Assembly: GCA_042576125.1 (NCBI GenBank)
Contig: JBHPCH010000003.1
Coordinates: 1 to 49,527, forward strand
DNA length: 49,527 nucleotides
Direction: 5' to 3'
Source of the DNA: Thermodesulfobacteriota bacterium
Lineage (GTDB): Bacteria > Desulfobacterota > Desulfobulbia > Desulfobulbales > BM004
Positions 40,855-49,527 of the stretch are shown in pieces; positions within the stretch are counted from its first letter, which is position 1; every line of letters starts with the position of its first letter. The position numbers and the translations under genes were made by a program. The notes beneath the pieces are model-generated. The model saw only the letters and a program-made list of their open reading frames with translations. It ran no database searches and was not told the origin of the DNA.

Positions 40855-41033
40855 GTTCATTTCTTTGCTTGCACAAAGAAACGAACCAAAGAAAATGCAG
40901 CCGTTCACTTGGCCTTCGGCTCTCCTGTGCTGCTCATTAAGAGCGGACGATTCGGAAAGTCGCACCCCTTGCGGGGTACTCCGCCGAATCGTTTTTCCAC
41001 TCTTAACTGCGCTGCTCGGCTGCGTGAAATGGC
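40855..41033 (+). repeat. ~180-bp structured dispersed repeat, copy 1
   Basis: Homologous to the reverse complement of 47678-47847 (AAACGAACCAAA, GCAGCCGTTCACTTGG, GCTGCTCGGCT, GTGAAATGGC). Confidence 0.85.
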
Positions 41034-41120
41034 CTTACCAAAAAACTCTTTCCTCTTTATAACTAAACACTAAAAGTATTTTTTTTAATAAGCAACTGGC
41101 TACGTTACCCTTTTCTTTTA

Positions 41121-41157
41121 CCCTCGACCCCTTGAAACCTTGTAACCTTGAACCCTT
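41121..41157. repeat. Degenerate octamer tandem repeat
   Basis: CCCTCGAC CCCTTGAA ACCTTGTA ACCTTGAA CCCTT just after the uvrB stop. Confidence 0.6.
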
Positions 41158-41161
41158 TTAT

Positions 41162-43162
41162 TCACATAATCTCCAGCTCTAACTTTCTCAACGCCTTTAC
41201 CTCATCCCGCAAACGTGCCGCTTCTTCAAAAGCAAGGACTTTGGCTGCCTTATGCATTTCCGCTTCCAACCTCTTAATATCACGGCGCAGTTCCTGCAAG
41301 CTGTGATATTCAACCTCCTTTTCAGCAGTGTCCACAGCTACAGTGATATAATCCTTTTCATAGACAGAGGCCATAATATCCTTAATACTGGACCGCACTG
41401 TTGCAGGTGTAATATTGTGATCCATATTATATTTCTTCTGTATGGCTCTTCTTCTTGTCGTCTCCTCTATAGTTCGCTGCATGGATCCGGTTAATACATC
41501 TGCATAAAGAATCACCAGTCCGTCAATATTTCTAGAGGCTCGTCCGCAGGTCTGAATCAATGAGCGTTCACTGCGCAAAAAACCTTCCTTGTCAGCATCC
41601 AGTATTGCTACCAGGGAAACCTCGGGGATATCCAGTCCCTCCCGTAACAGATTGATGCCGATCAGCACATCAAATTCGCCCTGCCTGAGTTCCCTTATAA
41701 GCTCCATGCGCTCCAGGGTTTTTATATCTGAATGCAGGTATCGGACCCGGACCCCAAGGTTTTCATAATAATCTGTCAAGTCTTCAGACATTCTTTTTGT
41801 CAGGGTCGTAACCAGAACAGCCTCTTTTTTCTCACACCTCTTTCGAATTTCAGCCAGAAGATCATCTACCTGATCTTTGGCGGGCCGGACTTCTATGACA
41901 GGATCAATGAGACCGGTCGGCCTTATGATCTGTTCAATAATCCTGCCCTCAGCCTGCTCAAATTCAAGGTCTCCAGGTGTTGCCGAAACATAAACAACCT
42001 GGTTTGTGCGCTGTTCAAATTCCTCAAACTGCAAGGGTCTGTTATCCAGAGCTGATGGCAGCCTGAAACCAAACTCCACCAGGGTTTTCTTGCGTGAGCG
42101 GTCCCCGCGATACATACCATGAAGCTGAGGTACACCGATATGGCTCTCATCAATAAAAAGGATAAAGTCATCCGGGAAATAATCCAAAAGGGTTGGCGGC
42201 GGTTCTCCCGGTCTGGCACCTGTCAGGTGACGGCTGTAATTCTCAATACCGCTGCAGTATCCGAGTTCTTCTATCATTTCCAGATCGAACATGGTTCTCT
42301 GTTCCAGACGCTGAGCCTCGACCAACCTGTTTTCCTTCTCTAAAAAAACCAACCGTTCCTTAAGCTCTTCCAGAATTGTACGCCTCGCTGTTTCAAGCCT
42401 TTCCGTTGAGGTAACAAAATGACTTGATGCAAAGACCGTCAACTCGTCCACCTGCCCTAAAACTTTACCGCGCAACGGATCGATAAACGATATGGAATCA
42501 ATGGTGTCTCCGAAAAGGTCAACGCGTACGGCACTTTCCTCCTCATAAGCTGGAAATATTTCCACCACATCACCACGCACCCTGAAAGTTCCTCTGTGAA
42601 ACGAAATGTCATTTCGCTCATAGAGCATATAGACAAGCCTTCTCTGTATCTCTTCCCTGGGATATTCTTCCCCTGTTTTCAGGAACAGGTGCAGGTTCTT
42701 GTATTCATCAGGAGAGCCAAGGCCGTAAATACAGGAAACAGATGCTACAATAAGAACATCACGCCGGGTCAGAAGGGATCGGGTAGCAGAGTGGCGCATC
42801 TTGTCAATGGCATCATTTATGGAGGAATCCTTTTCTATATAAGTATCTGATTGGGGGATGTATGCTTCGGGCTGATAATAATCGTAATAGGAAACAAAAT
42901 ATTCCACAGCATTCTCTGGAAAAAGTTCCTTGAATTCAGAATAGAGTTGGGCTGCCAGAGTTTTATTCGGCGCTATGACAAGTGTTGGCCTTTGCACCAG
43001 TTCCACGACTTTTGCCATTGTAAAAGTCTTGCCGGAACCGGTTACCCCCAACAACACCTGTTTTGAATATCCCGCCTCAATCCCTTCTGACAGAAGCTTA
43101 ATTGCATTGGGCTGATCCCCCGCAGGAGTAAAGGAAGATTCAATTTTAAAAAGTTTTTCCAT
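41162..43162 (-). CDS. uvrB: Excinuclease ABC subunit UvrB
   Basis: [43 protein letters not shown]-terminal UVR. Confidence 0.98.
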   Translation of the reverse strand: MEKLFKIESSFTPAGDQPNAIKLLSEGIEAGYSKQVLLGVTGSGKTFTMAKVVELVQRPTLVIAPNKTLAAQLYSEFKELFPENAVEYFVSYYDYYQPEAYIPQSDTYIEKDSSINDAIDKMRHSATRSLLTRRDVLIVASVSCIYGLGSPDEYKNLHLFLKTGEEYPREEIQRRLVYMLYERNDISFHRGTFRVRGDVVEIFPAYEEESAVRVDLFGDTIDSISFIDPLRGKVLGQVDELTVFASSHFVTSTERLETARRTILEELKERLVFLEKENRLVEAQRLEQRTMFDLEMIEELGYCSGIENYSRHLTGARPGEPPPTLLDYFPDDFILFIDESHIGVPQLHGMYRGDRSRKKTLVEFGFRLPSALDNRPLQFEEFEQRTNQVVYVSATPGDLEFEQAEGRIIEQIIRPTGLIDPVIEVRPAKDQVDDLLAEIRKRCEKKEAVLVTTLTKRMSEDLTDYYENLGVRVRYLHSDIKTLERMELIRELRQGEFDVLIGINLLREGLDIPEVSLVAILDADKEGFLRSERSLIQTCGRASRNIDGLVILYADVLTGSMQRTIEETTRRRAIQKKYNMDHNITPATVRSSIKDIMASVYEKDYITVAVDTAEKEVEYHSLQELRRDIKRLEAEMHKAAKVLAFEEAARLRDEVKALRKLELEIM

Positions 43163-43248
43163 TGTAAATATCCGGCCCCAAAAAACAGGTTTAAAGCTTC
43201 CCCTTAAAGCGATTTGCCACTCACACGGATACTGGCATTTATGCCCTT

Positions 43249-43406
43249 AAGGGTACAAAGGCACAAAGGCACAGAGTTTTCCCATCTGGAAACTCTCAAT
43301 CAGTTTAATATGTTTCTGACTTTTCCTAACTTGCTGAGTTTAACAATTTTCCCCAAAAGTACCCTGCAGCACCAAATACTTTGTGCCTCTGTGCCTTTGT
43401 GCCTCT
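43249..43406. repeat. Inverted octamer repeat arms
   Basis: (AAAGGCAC)n at 43249-43276 and (CTYTGTGC)n at 43379-43406. Confidence 0.75.
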
Positions 43407-43454
43407 TCTGTACTTTTTGTCGCGCATATTGTAACCCGGCCCCAAAAACCAAGT

Positions 43455-44081
43455 TTACTCTTTTAAATCAAACCACCCTTTTTTCCACGGAATAAGCATG
43501 GGAACTTTTTTACGATACTCAAGATAAGGTTCTCCTATCTCATGAATCAGCTTTTTTTCTTCCAGGAATGTACCAATAATTAAATATGCAGTCAGAATAA
43601 TCTTTGAAACCAGTGATACATCGGATATCGGACCGAATGCCCAGACCAGAAAAATTGCACCGCTATACCATGGATGCCGGACATATTGCAGGATACCTGT
43701 AGTGTTAAAATTCATGGCTTCTATTTTTCTATCTCCCCGCATCTCATCTATCTGTTTTATGCCAAGAAAATATTGCATATCAAACACCCGATATCCTCCG
43801 TAGAAGAGAACAAAAGAGGCCAGGTACATACCGAATTTAAGTAAAGGCCACGGGCCGGACCAGGAAAAAATTATTTGTTCCTTAAGAAGTTGTTGATAGA
43901 CAACCACGGGGATTAATGTGAGAATACTGAAAGAATTATAAGCCAATCTGTAATAGGCAAATTTTATACCCCAGATTTCCTCCATCCTGGCAGTAAAAGA
44001 CCTGCTTATAAGCAAACTGTGCAAACTGCACCAGAGAGCCCAAAGTAAGGCCAAGATACCAATTGAATAGAGCTTATTCAT
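43455..44081 (-). CDS. NnrU/ICMT-like membrane protein
   Basis: LHSLL, YRLAYN, VRHPWY, EEKKL...GEPY.EY..KVPML.P. Confidence 0.8.
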   Translation of the reverse strand: MNKLYSIGILALLWALWCSLHSLLISRSFTARMEEIWGIKFAYYRLAYNSFSILTLIPVVVYQQLLKEQIIFSWSGPWPLLKFGMYLASFVLFYGGYRVFDMQYFLGIKQIDEMRGDRKIEAMNFNTTGILQYVRHPWYSGAIFLVWAFGPISDVSLVSKIILTAYLIIGTFLEEKKLIHEIGEPYLEYRKKVPMLIPWKKGWFDLKE

Positions 44082-44244
44082 TTATCGTCACGGATTCAGG
44101 CAAATAAAAATTAGAGATAATTAATAATTTGACATCTTGCTTCATTCTCAATATTTATTAAAAAAAATATTAATCCCGGACTACAACGTTTACTAATTAA
44201 AACCACACTGAATAATAAAACCGACCTTCAGGTGAAAAACAACC

Positions 44245-44661
44245 ATGCTCACCATCAGCAGTAAAAGCAGATACGGCATAGCAGCACTCCTTGCTCTTGC
44301 TGAATTCTATAATTCCGGCCTCCTGCAGATAAAGGACATTGCTTCCCGCTGCGATATTCCCCATCAGTACCTTGAACAAATATTCAACCGGCTCGGGAAA
44401 ACAGGTCTTTTGAAGAGCACCAGGGGTAAAAATGGGGGGTATGAGCTCGCTAAACCACCCGAAAAAATCACCGTATTGGAAATCGTAAACACCCTTGAAG
44501 GTGATATTGAGTTTGTTCCAAAATCTGACAGTACTAATGATGTCATTGTTGAACTTTTTCAGGATGCAGAAAATAATCTTAAAAAAGTTCTTTCTGTCAG
44601 TCTTGCTGATCTCGTTTCAAAACAGGAGTCATTGCAGGAAAATGTTATCTACAACATTTAA
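44245..44661 (+). CDS. Rrf2-family transcriptional regulator (CymR-like, lacks the IscR Cys triad)
   Basis: SKSRYG, YLEQIF..L, STRG.NGGY.LA. Confidence 0.93.
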   Translation: MLTISSKSRYGIAALLALAEFYNSGLLQIKDIASRCDIPHQYLEQIFNRLGKTGLLKSTRGKNGGYELAKPPEKITVLEIVNTLEGDIEFVPKSDSTNDVIVELFQDAENNLKKVLSVSLADLVSKQESLQENVIYNI

Positions 44662-44811
44662 TTCCTGTTTTCTCTTACCTCTAAAATTCCCTGTTGCAGT
44701 CAAGAAAAAACACATATCTCTAGCCCTTTAATTAACCACAGTCCGACTATATATAATATGACCTTTGGTTTTTTTATGGTTCTTTCTTGACTTTTCCTGC
44801 CCCATGCTTTA

Positions 44812-44836
44812 TTAGTTGACTAAGTTGATCAGATTA
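44812..44836 (+). promoter_or_regulatory. Candidate Rrf2 operator upstream of thiS
   Basis: TTAGTTGACTAAGTTGATCAGATTA partially resembles IscR/CymR-type 25-bp sites. Confidence 0.35.
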
Positions 44837-44902
44837 GTAATGTTAAATTGTTCGATACAATTTTTGAGCAATTTATTGATTACACAAATGACAGGAGACA
44901 CC

Positions 44903-45115
44903 ATGCAGATAACGGTAAATGGAGAATCCAGTGAGTTTAAGGATATTGAGATAAATCTTTCAAAACTTCTGGAATTAAGAAAGGTGGAATCGCCTGAAAT
45001 GGTCGCGGTCCAGCTGAATGGTCAATTTATAGAAATGAACAGTTACTCCTCTACCTATCTTAAGTCAGGTGACACTATTGAATTTCTTTTTTTCATGGGG
45101 GGTGGCACCAAATGA
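44903..45115 (+). CDS. thiS: ThiS-family sulfur carrier with masked C-terminus (GGG-TK)
   Basis: MQITVNG...VAVQLNG...GDTIEFLFFMGGGTK; AGGAG RBS before ATG 44903. Confidence 0.9.
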   Translation: MQITVNGESSEFKDIEINLSKLLELRKVESPEMVAVQLNGQFIEMNSYSSTYLKSGDTIEFLFFMGGGTK

Positions 45116-46344
45116 CAGGATTCGCCACCAGTGCGATTCATGGAGCACAATTAAAAACTGATGTCCATGGCAGCCTTAGAACGCCAGTCTATGATACTGT
45201 GGCTTTTGAATTTGAAAGTGCAAGAGATATTAATATGGCTTTTGCCGGTAGCATTCCTGCCCACACCTATTCGCGCATATCCAATCCCACTGTTGAGGAT
45301 TTTGAGCAGCGTATCCGTCTCATAAGTGGCGGCTCAGCAGTAGTTGCCGTATCTTCCGGCATGGCAGCTATAACCAATGTCATACTGACACTTGCCGAAG
45401 CCGGGACCAATATAGTCACAAGTAAACACCTGTTCGGAAACACTTTATCCCTGTTTGAAAAAACCCTTAAACCCTGGGGACTGGAAGTCAGGTATGCTGA
45501 CATGATGAATCCGGTAGAGATCCAGCGTGCTATTGACCAAAACACGCGGGCCGTTTTTCTTGAAAGTATTACAAATCCCCAGCTTGAAGTTGCAGATTTT
45601 AAGGCAATATCGAAAATAACTTCTGATGAATCCATTCCACTCATAGTAGACGGAACAGTTACCACGCCCTATATCTTTCGTTCCAAAAAATTCGGAGTAA
45701 ATATAGAAGTACTTTCCAGCACAAAATATATTTCAGGCGGTGCTACCTCCATTGGAGGCGTGATTATCGACAACGGTAACTTTGACTGGCACAAGTCTCC
45801 CAGATTAAAACCCTGGGCAAATAAAATGGGTTCTTTTGCCCTGATAGGCTCATTACGAAGAGAAATATTCAGGAATTTAGGTTCATGCCTGGCTCCGCAT
45901 CATGCCTATCTCCAAAGCCTTGGGCTGGAAACCCTGAGCTTGCGTATTGATAAAAGCTGCTCCAATGCCCTTGCCCTGGCAGATTTCCTCCAACACCATA
46001 AAAGGGTTGCATCAGTGAATTACCCCGGTCTTGCGGAATCAGAATCTCACAAATTTGCTTCAGAACAGTTTGGCAATCACTATGGAGGCATACTGACTTT
46101 TGACCTTGAAAGTCGTGAGGCCTGTTTTGCTCTACTTGACAATTTGCGGCTCATCAAAAGAGCTACAAATGTTAATGATAATAAAACGCTTATCCTGCAT
46201 CCGGCATCAACAATTTTCTGCGAGTACCCGAATGAAGTCCTCAAAGACATAGGGGTTCGTCAGACCATGATCCGTCTTTCAGCCGGAATTGAAGATATTG
46301 AGGACTTAAGAATTGATCTGGAAAAGGGGCTTGCTGCATTATGA
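45112..46344 (+). CDS. metY: O-acetylhomoserine aminocarboxypropyltransferase / Cys-Met metabolism PLP enzyme
   Basis: YSRISNPT, SSGMAAI, ESITNP, SSTKYISG (PLP Lys), HPAST, IRLSAGIE. Confidence 0.85.
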   Translation: MTGFATSAIHGAQLKTDVHGSLRTPVYDTVAFEFESARDINMAFAGSIPAHTYSRISNPTVEDFEQRIRLISGGSAVVAVSSGMAAITNVILTLAEAGTNIVTSKHLFGNTLSLFEKTLKPWGLEVRYADMMNPVEIQRAIDQNTRAVFLESITNPQLEVADFKAISKITSDESIPLIVDGTVTTPYIFRSKKFGVNIEVLSSTKYISGGATSIGGVIIDNGNFDWHKSPRLKPWANKMGSFALIGSLRREIFRNLGSCLAPHHAYLQSLGLETLSLRIDKSCSNALALADFLQHHKRVASVNYPGLAESESHKFASEQFGNHYGGILTFDLESREACFALLDNLRLIKRATNVNDNKTLILHPASTIFCEYPNEVLKDIGVRQTMIRLSAGIEDIEDLRIDLEKGLAAL

Positions 46345-46475
46345 TTGTCGGCATCGCAGATAGGGAACGAAGTGAGACTTCGAAACACACGATACGGACA
46401 GATATTGCATCTGCACTATATCGATATTACAAGACCCTGTTACTGAACAAGAAACTTTTGAGGATTGAAGCATGA
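46341..46475 (+). CDS. 44-aa ORF in repeat unit 1
   Basis: MIVGIADRERSETSKHTIRTDIASALYRYYKTLLLNKKLLRIEA*; ATGA overlaps at both ends. Confidence 0.45.
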   Translation: MIVGIADRERSETSKHTIRTDIASALYRYYKTLLLNKKLLRIEA

Positions 46476-46803
46476 TTGTCGGCATCGTAAACAGCACGAT
46501 GCGGCCAGGTATCTCGCCTGTGGTTTAAAGGAATTACAAGGCCCTGTTATACTGAACGAGAAACTTTTGAGGATTGAAGCATGATTGTCGGCATCGTAAA
46601 CAGCACGATGCGGCCAGGTATTTCACCTGTGGTTTAAAGGAATTACAAGGCCCTGTTATACTGAACGAGAAACTTTTGAGGATTGAAGCATGATTGTCGG
46701 CATCGTAAACAGCACGATGCGGACAGGTATTTCGCCTGTGGTTTAAAAGAATTACAAGGCCCTGTTACCTAACGAGAAACTTTTGAGGATTGAAGTATGA
46801 TTG
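46341..46803 (+). repeat. Four-unit tandem array (131, 109, 109, 107 bp) ending in the thiF start
   Basis: Units start ATGATTGTCGGCATCG at 46341, 46472, 46581, 46690 and end GAAACTTTTGAGGATTGAAG(C/T); units 2 and 3 differ at 2 of 109 nt. Confidence 0.95.
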
Positions 46804-47627
46804 ATTTTACTGAAAACCAGCTTGAACGGTACAGCCGCCATATTTTGCTGGACGATGTGGGCGTCGACGGACAGGAGAAATTGCTCGAGGCAAAGGTATT
46901 GATCGTTGGTGCCGGCGGATTGGGATCTCCTGCAGCGCTTTATCTTGCCGCTGCCGGAGTGGGAACAATCGGCATCGTGGACAACGATTGCGTGGAAATG
47001 TCAAACCTGCAGCGCCAGATAGCCCATTTCACCAAAGATCTCAATAGTCCAAAAGTGGAATCTGCTGCTGAAAAGATGCGGGCAATCAACCCGGATATAA
47101 CGGTAAAAACATACCAGGATTTTCTCTGCGCTGATAATATTACTTCTATTATTAACGGTTATGATTTTGTTTTAGACGGTACAGATAACTTCCCTACAAA
47201 ATTCCTGGTCAACGATGCATGTGTCTTTAAAGGAATTCCTTTCTCCCATGGCGGTATCCTGCGGTTTAACGGGCAGACAATGACTGTTATACCTGGCATA
47301 ACAGCCTGTTACCGCTGTTCCTTCAGGAAACCGCCGCCGCCAGACGCCGTGCCTTCCTGTGCCCAGGCAGGTGTTCTCGGCGCTATCGCAGGAATGCTTG
47401 GTACTATTCAGGCAGCAGAGGCCCTGAAGTTCATTACCGGCACCGGAGAACTTCTTACAAATGGATTACTGAGCTTTGACGCAAAAAACATGTTGTTTAG
47501 AAAAATCAAACTGAATAAACAGAAAAATTGTCCTGTTTGCGGCACAGAGCCGACGATTACCGAACTCGTTGATATTAAACAGACTGCTTGTGAATTAACA
47601 ACCACCCATATAAGAGGTGGATTATAG
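46797..47627 (+). CDS. ThiF/MoeB-family E1-like adenylyltransferase
   Basis: RYSRHI, VGAGGLGSP, SNLQRQ, DGTDNF, CYRC, PSCAQAGVLG, CPVC. Confidence 0.94.
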   Translation: MIDFTENQLERYSRHILLDDVGVDGQEKLLEAKVLIVGAGGLGSPAALYLAAAGVGTIGIVDNDCVEMSNLQRQIAHFTKDLNSPKVESAAEKMRAINPDITVKTYQDFLCADNITSIINGYDFVLDGTDNFPTKFLVNDACVFKGIPFSHGGILRFNGQTMTVIPGITACYRCSFRKPPPPDAVPSCAQAGVLGAIAGMLGTIQAAEALKFITGTGELLTNGLLSFDAKNMLFRKIKLNKQKNCPVCGTEPTITELVDIKQTACELTTTHIRGGL

Positions 47628-47677
47628 GATGACCCTAAAATGTTTTTGTTTCCACAGTAATAAAATGTTTTTTATAC

Positions 47678-47847
47678 GCCATTTCACAAAGCCGAGCAGC
47701 GGAAAAATAACCGGAATAGCGCGAGGACTGTCTGAGCGAAGCGAGTTTCGCAGCGCCCGGTTATTTTGAGCAGCGCAGGGCAGTCTGCTATCAGCAGACC
47801 AAGTGAACGGCTGCTTTTTTGGTTCGTTTTGGGCAAACAAAATGAAC
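47678..47847 (-). repeat. ~170-bp structured dispersed repeat, copy 2
   Basis: Inverted homolog of 40855-41033. Confidence 0.85.
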
Positions 47848-47990
47848 GTAAAAAAGATTTAAAACAATATATTACTTTAATATTTCGACTTCACTTCATT
47901 TATCAACAACTTACCCGCATAGCATAGCTTGGACCCACCAGCTAAACTGGTGGTTTAAGGTTTATAATTAAGAAATGAACAGGTAACTGC

Positions 47991-48404
47991 ATGATGCTGA
48001 AAATAAAACAGGATATAATTGATAGAATTGTTGCACAGGGGCTGCATGATGCCCCACTTGAAGCGTGCGGTTATCTTGCCGAAAAAGACGGTTTAATCTG
48101 TAAACATTTTGAATTGACCAACATTGATAAGTCTCCAGTTCATTTTTCAATGGATCCGGCAGAACAGTTTGCTGCTCTCAATGAATGCAGAAATCTTGGG
48201 TTGAAGATCCGGGCTGTCTATCACAGTCATCCTGAAACACCTGCCAGGCCCTCTAATGAGGATATCAGGCTGGCCTATGACCCATCACTCAGCTATGTAA
48301 TTGTCTCCCTTGCCGAGACTCCCCCAAGCATAAAATCCTTTATTATACAAAAAGGTGTAGTGGCCCCTGAACCGCTTGAAATTTTTAAAAATGGGAAAAA
48401 ATAA
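47991..48404 (+). CDS. JAMM/M67 metalloprotease
   Basis: PLEACGYL, YHSHPETPARPSNED. Confidence 0.93.
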   Translation: MMLKIKQDIIDRIVAQGLHDAPLEACGYLAEKDGLICKHFELTNIDKSPVHFSMDPAEQFAALNECRNLGLKIRAVYHSHPETPARPSNEDIRLAYDPSLSYVIVSLAETPPSIKSFIIQKGVVAPEPLEIFKNGKK

Positions 48405-48413
48405 GGAAGAAAC

Positions 48414-48656
48414 ATGGAAACTCAAATCAAAGCAGATGTATTTCAAGACTTACGTGGTGTCGGTTGTCCCATGAACCTTGTGAAAACCAAAGTCGCATTC
48501 TCCAAAATGCAATCCGGGCAAATTCTGGGTTTGGTTCTTGACAACGGGCCGCCAATCAACAATGTCCCCCGCTCCGTTATCAGAGAAGGTCATGATATTC
48601 TTTCACAGGAACAACTCGATGATGGCGCCTGGTCCGTTCTGATCCGCAAGGCTTAA
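48414..48656 (+). CDS. TusA-family sulfurtransferase
   Basis: DLRGVGCPMNLVKTK, NVPRS...EGH. Confidence 0.9.
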   Translation: METQIKADVFQDLRGVGCPMNLVKTKVAFSKMQSGQILGLVLDNGPPINNVPRSVIREGHDILSQEQLDDGAWSVLIRKA

Positions 48657-48705
48657 AAAATAGCCATCCCGTTCCATCCCCCCAACCCGGACCTTGCAGG
48701 GCCAT

Positions 48706-48744
48706 AAAAAACTGGTATTGGAATAAGCCAATACCAGTTTTTTT
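48706..48744 (+). terminator. Intrinsic terminator ending the sulfur-carrier operon
   Basis: AAAAAACTGGTATTGG-AATAAG-CCAATACCAGTTTTTT. Confidence 0.85.
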
Positions 48745-48924
48745 CATTGCAAGGCTGTATATCCATATACAGAAAATTATTTTTTATGGTGTTTCCTGTA
48801 AATAGTTTCTATTAAGGTTGTTGAAAATTTTACAAAATCCCACTAAAGGTTCATCCTGAGTTAATAAGCTAATTATAAAAATCAATAATCTTCATAATAT
48901 ATTTTACAATTAAACAACTGGATT

Positions 48925-49527
48925 ATGCCTACTACCGCAACCAACCCCCTTCTCTGGATTATAGGGAGCAGTATACTGATGTGCATCCTGGCTCTTGTCG
49001 GTGCAACTACGCTCTCGTTAAGCGAAAAAACCCTGCAGAAACTTCTCCTGCCCCTCGTTGCCTTATCAGCAGGCTCCCTGCTGGGGGGGGCTTTTTTTCA
49101 TATGATACCTGAATCCATTGAAAAAACAGGGGATGATCTATCTGTATACATTTATGTTGTCGCTGGATTTACTTTCTTCCTGCTTCTGGAGCAATTGCTC
49201 CACTGGCACCATTGTCACCGGGAAGAAACAGCCTGTAAAAATAAAAAACCTCAAACATATCTCATTTTAATTGGGGATGGCATCCACAATTTTATCGGTG
49301 GCATTGCAGTTGCCGGCACCTTTCTTATTGATATTCGTCTCGGCATCTCCACCTGGCTTGCAGCTGCCGCACATGAAGTGCCACAGGAGATAGGCGATTT
49401 TGCTGTACTGGTCCATGGAGGGTGGTCGAAAAAAAAAGCACTGCTGTTCAACTTGTTATCAGCATCAACCTTCCTTCTGCGGAGATGCTTGATACAGATT
49501 CGCGTATGCGGAAGCGTTCCTCAGTCC
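48925..49527 (+). CDS. ZIP-family metal transporter, runs off window
   Basis: Manual translation: ALSAGSLLGGAFFHMIPE, HWHHCH, GDGIHNFIGG, AHEVPQEIGDF; absent from the ORF track because there is no stop. Confidence 0.9.
   Translation, partial: MPTTATNPLLWIIGSSILMCILALVGATTLSLSEKTLQKLLLPLVALSAGSLLGGAFFHMIPESIEKTGDDLSVYIYVVAGFTFFLLLEQLLHWHHCHREETACKNKKPQTYLILIGDGIHNFIGGIAVAGTFLIDIRLGISTWLAAAAHEVPQEIGDFAVLVHGGWSKKKALLFNLLSASTFLLRRCLIQIRVCGSVPQS

Noticed and set aside
40853-41062. 69-aa ORF and its 72-aa homolog at 47622-47840
   Set aside because: Both coincide with the structured repeat; conservation follows base pairing rather than codons
46341-46803. CRISPR array
   Set aside because: Units are 107-131 bp and nearly identical throughout, with no unique spacers and no cas genes
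47928-47959. IS200/IS605 end hairpin CCACCAG-CTAAA-CTGGTGG
   Set aside because: Single short palindrome with no transposase or second end in the window
44903-48404. Anti-phage ubiquitin-like system (Bil, CBASS Cap2/Cap3)
   Set aside because: No E2 or CD-NTase; MetY, TusA and Rrf2 context points to sulfur metabolism

Overview
A mostly housekeeping chromosomal window, probably from a Desulfobacterota (Desulfobulbales-like) genome judging by gene content and order (inferred, no search run). Recognisable genes: dxs (partial), fba, frameshifted tatC, two c-di-GMP genes, csp, K+ channel, KamA, USP, a transglutaminase-ABC cluster, argJ-secA-GNAT-argS-alr, ferredoxin, cobB, uvrB, an Rrf2-thiS-metY-thiF-JAMM-tusA sulfur-carrier operon and a partial ZIP transporter. 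Two regions stand out. (1) A ~7.7 kb element integrated in tRNA-Leu(TAA), bounded by 57-bp att repeats. It has a Rep_trans rolling-circle initiator with an ICEBs1/Tn916-like nick hairpin, DUF4224 plus tyrosine integrase, candidate arm sites, no capsid or conjugation genes, and nuclease/defence-like cargo (LAGLIDADG, RxxxxH HEPN-like, DUF4062). (2) A 4-unit array of ~109-bp repeats between metY and thiF; each unit has a start codon, a short ORF and hairpins with pairing-preserving substitutions. Also present: several gene-end duplications (cobB 3' end, uvrB start), a trxB-like remnant, an unannotated FtsN-like mini-protein, and dispersed structured repeat families.
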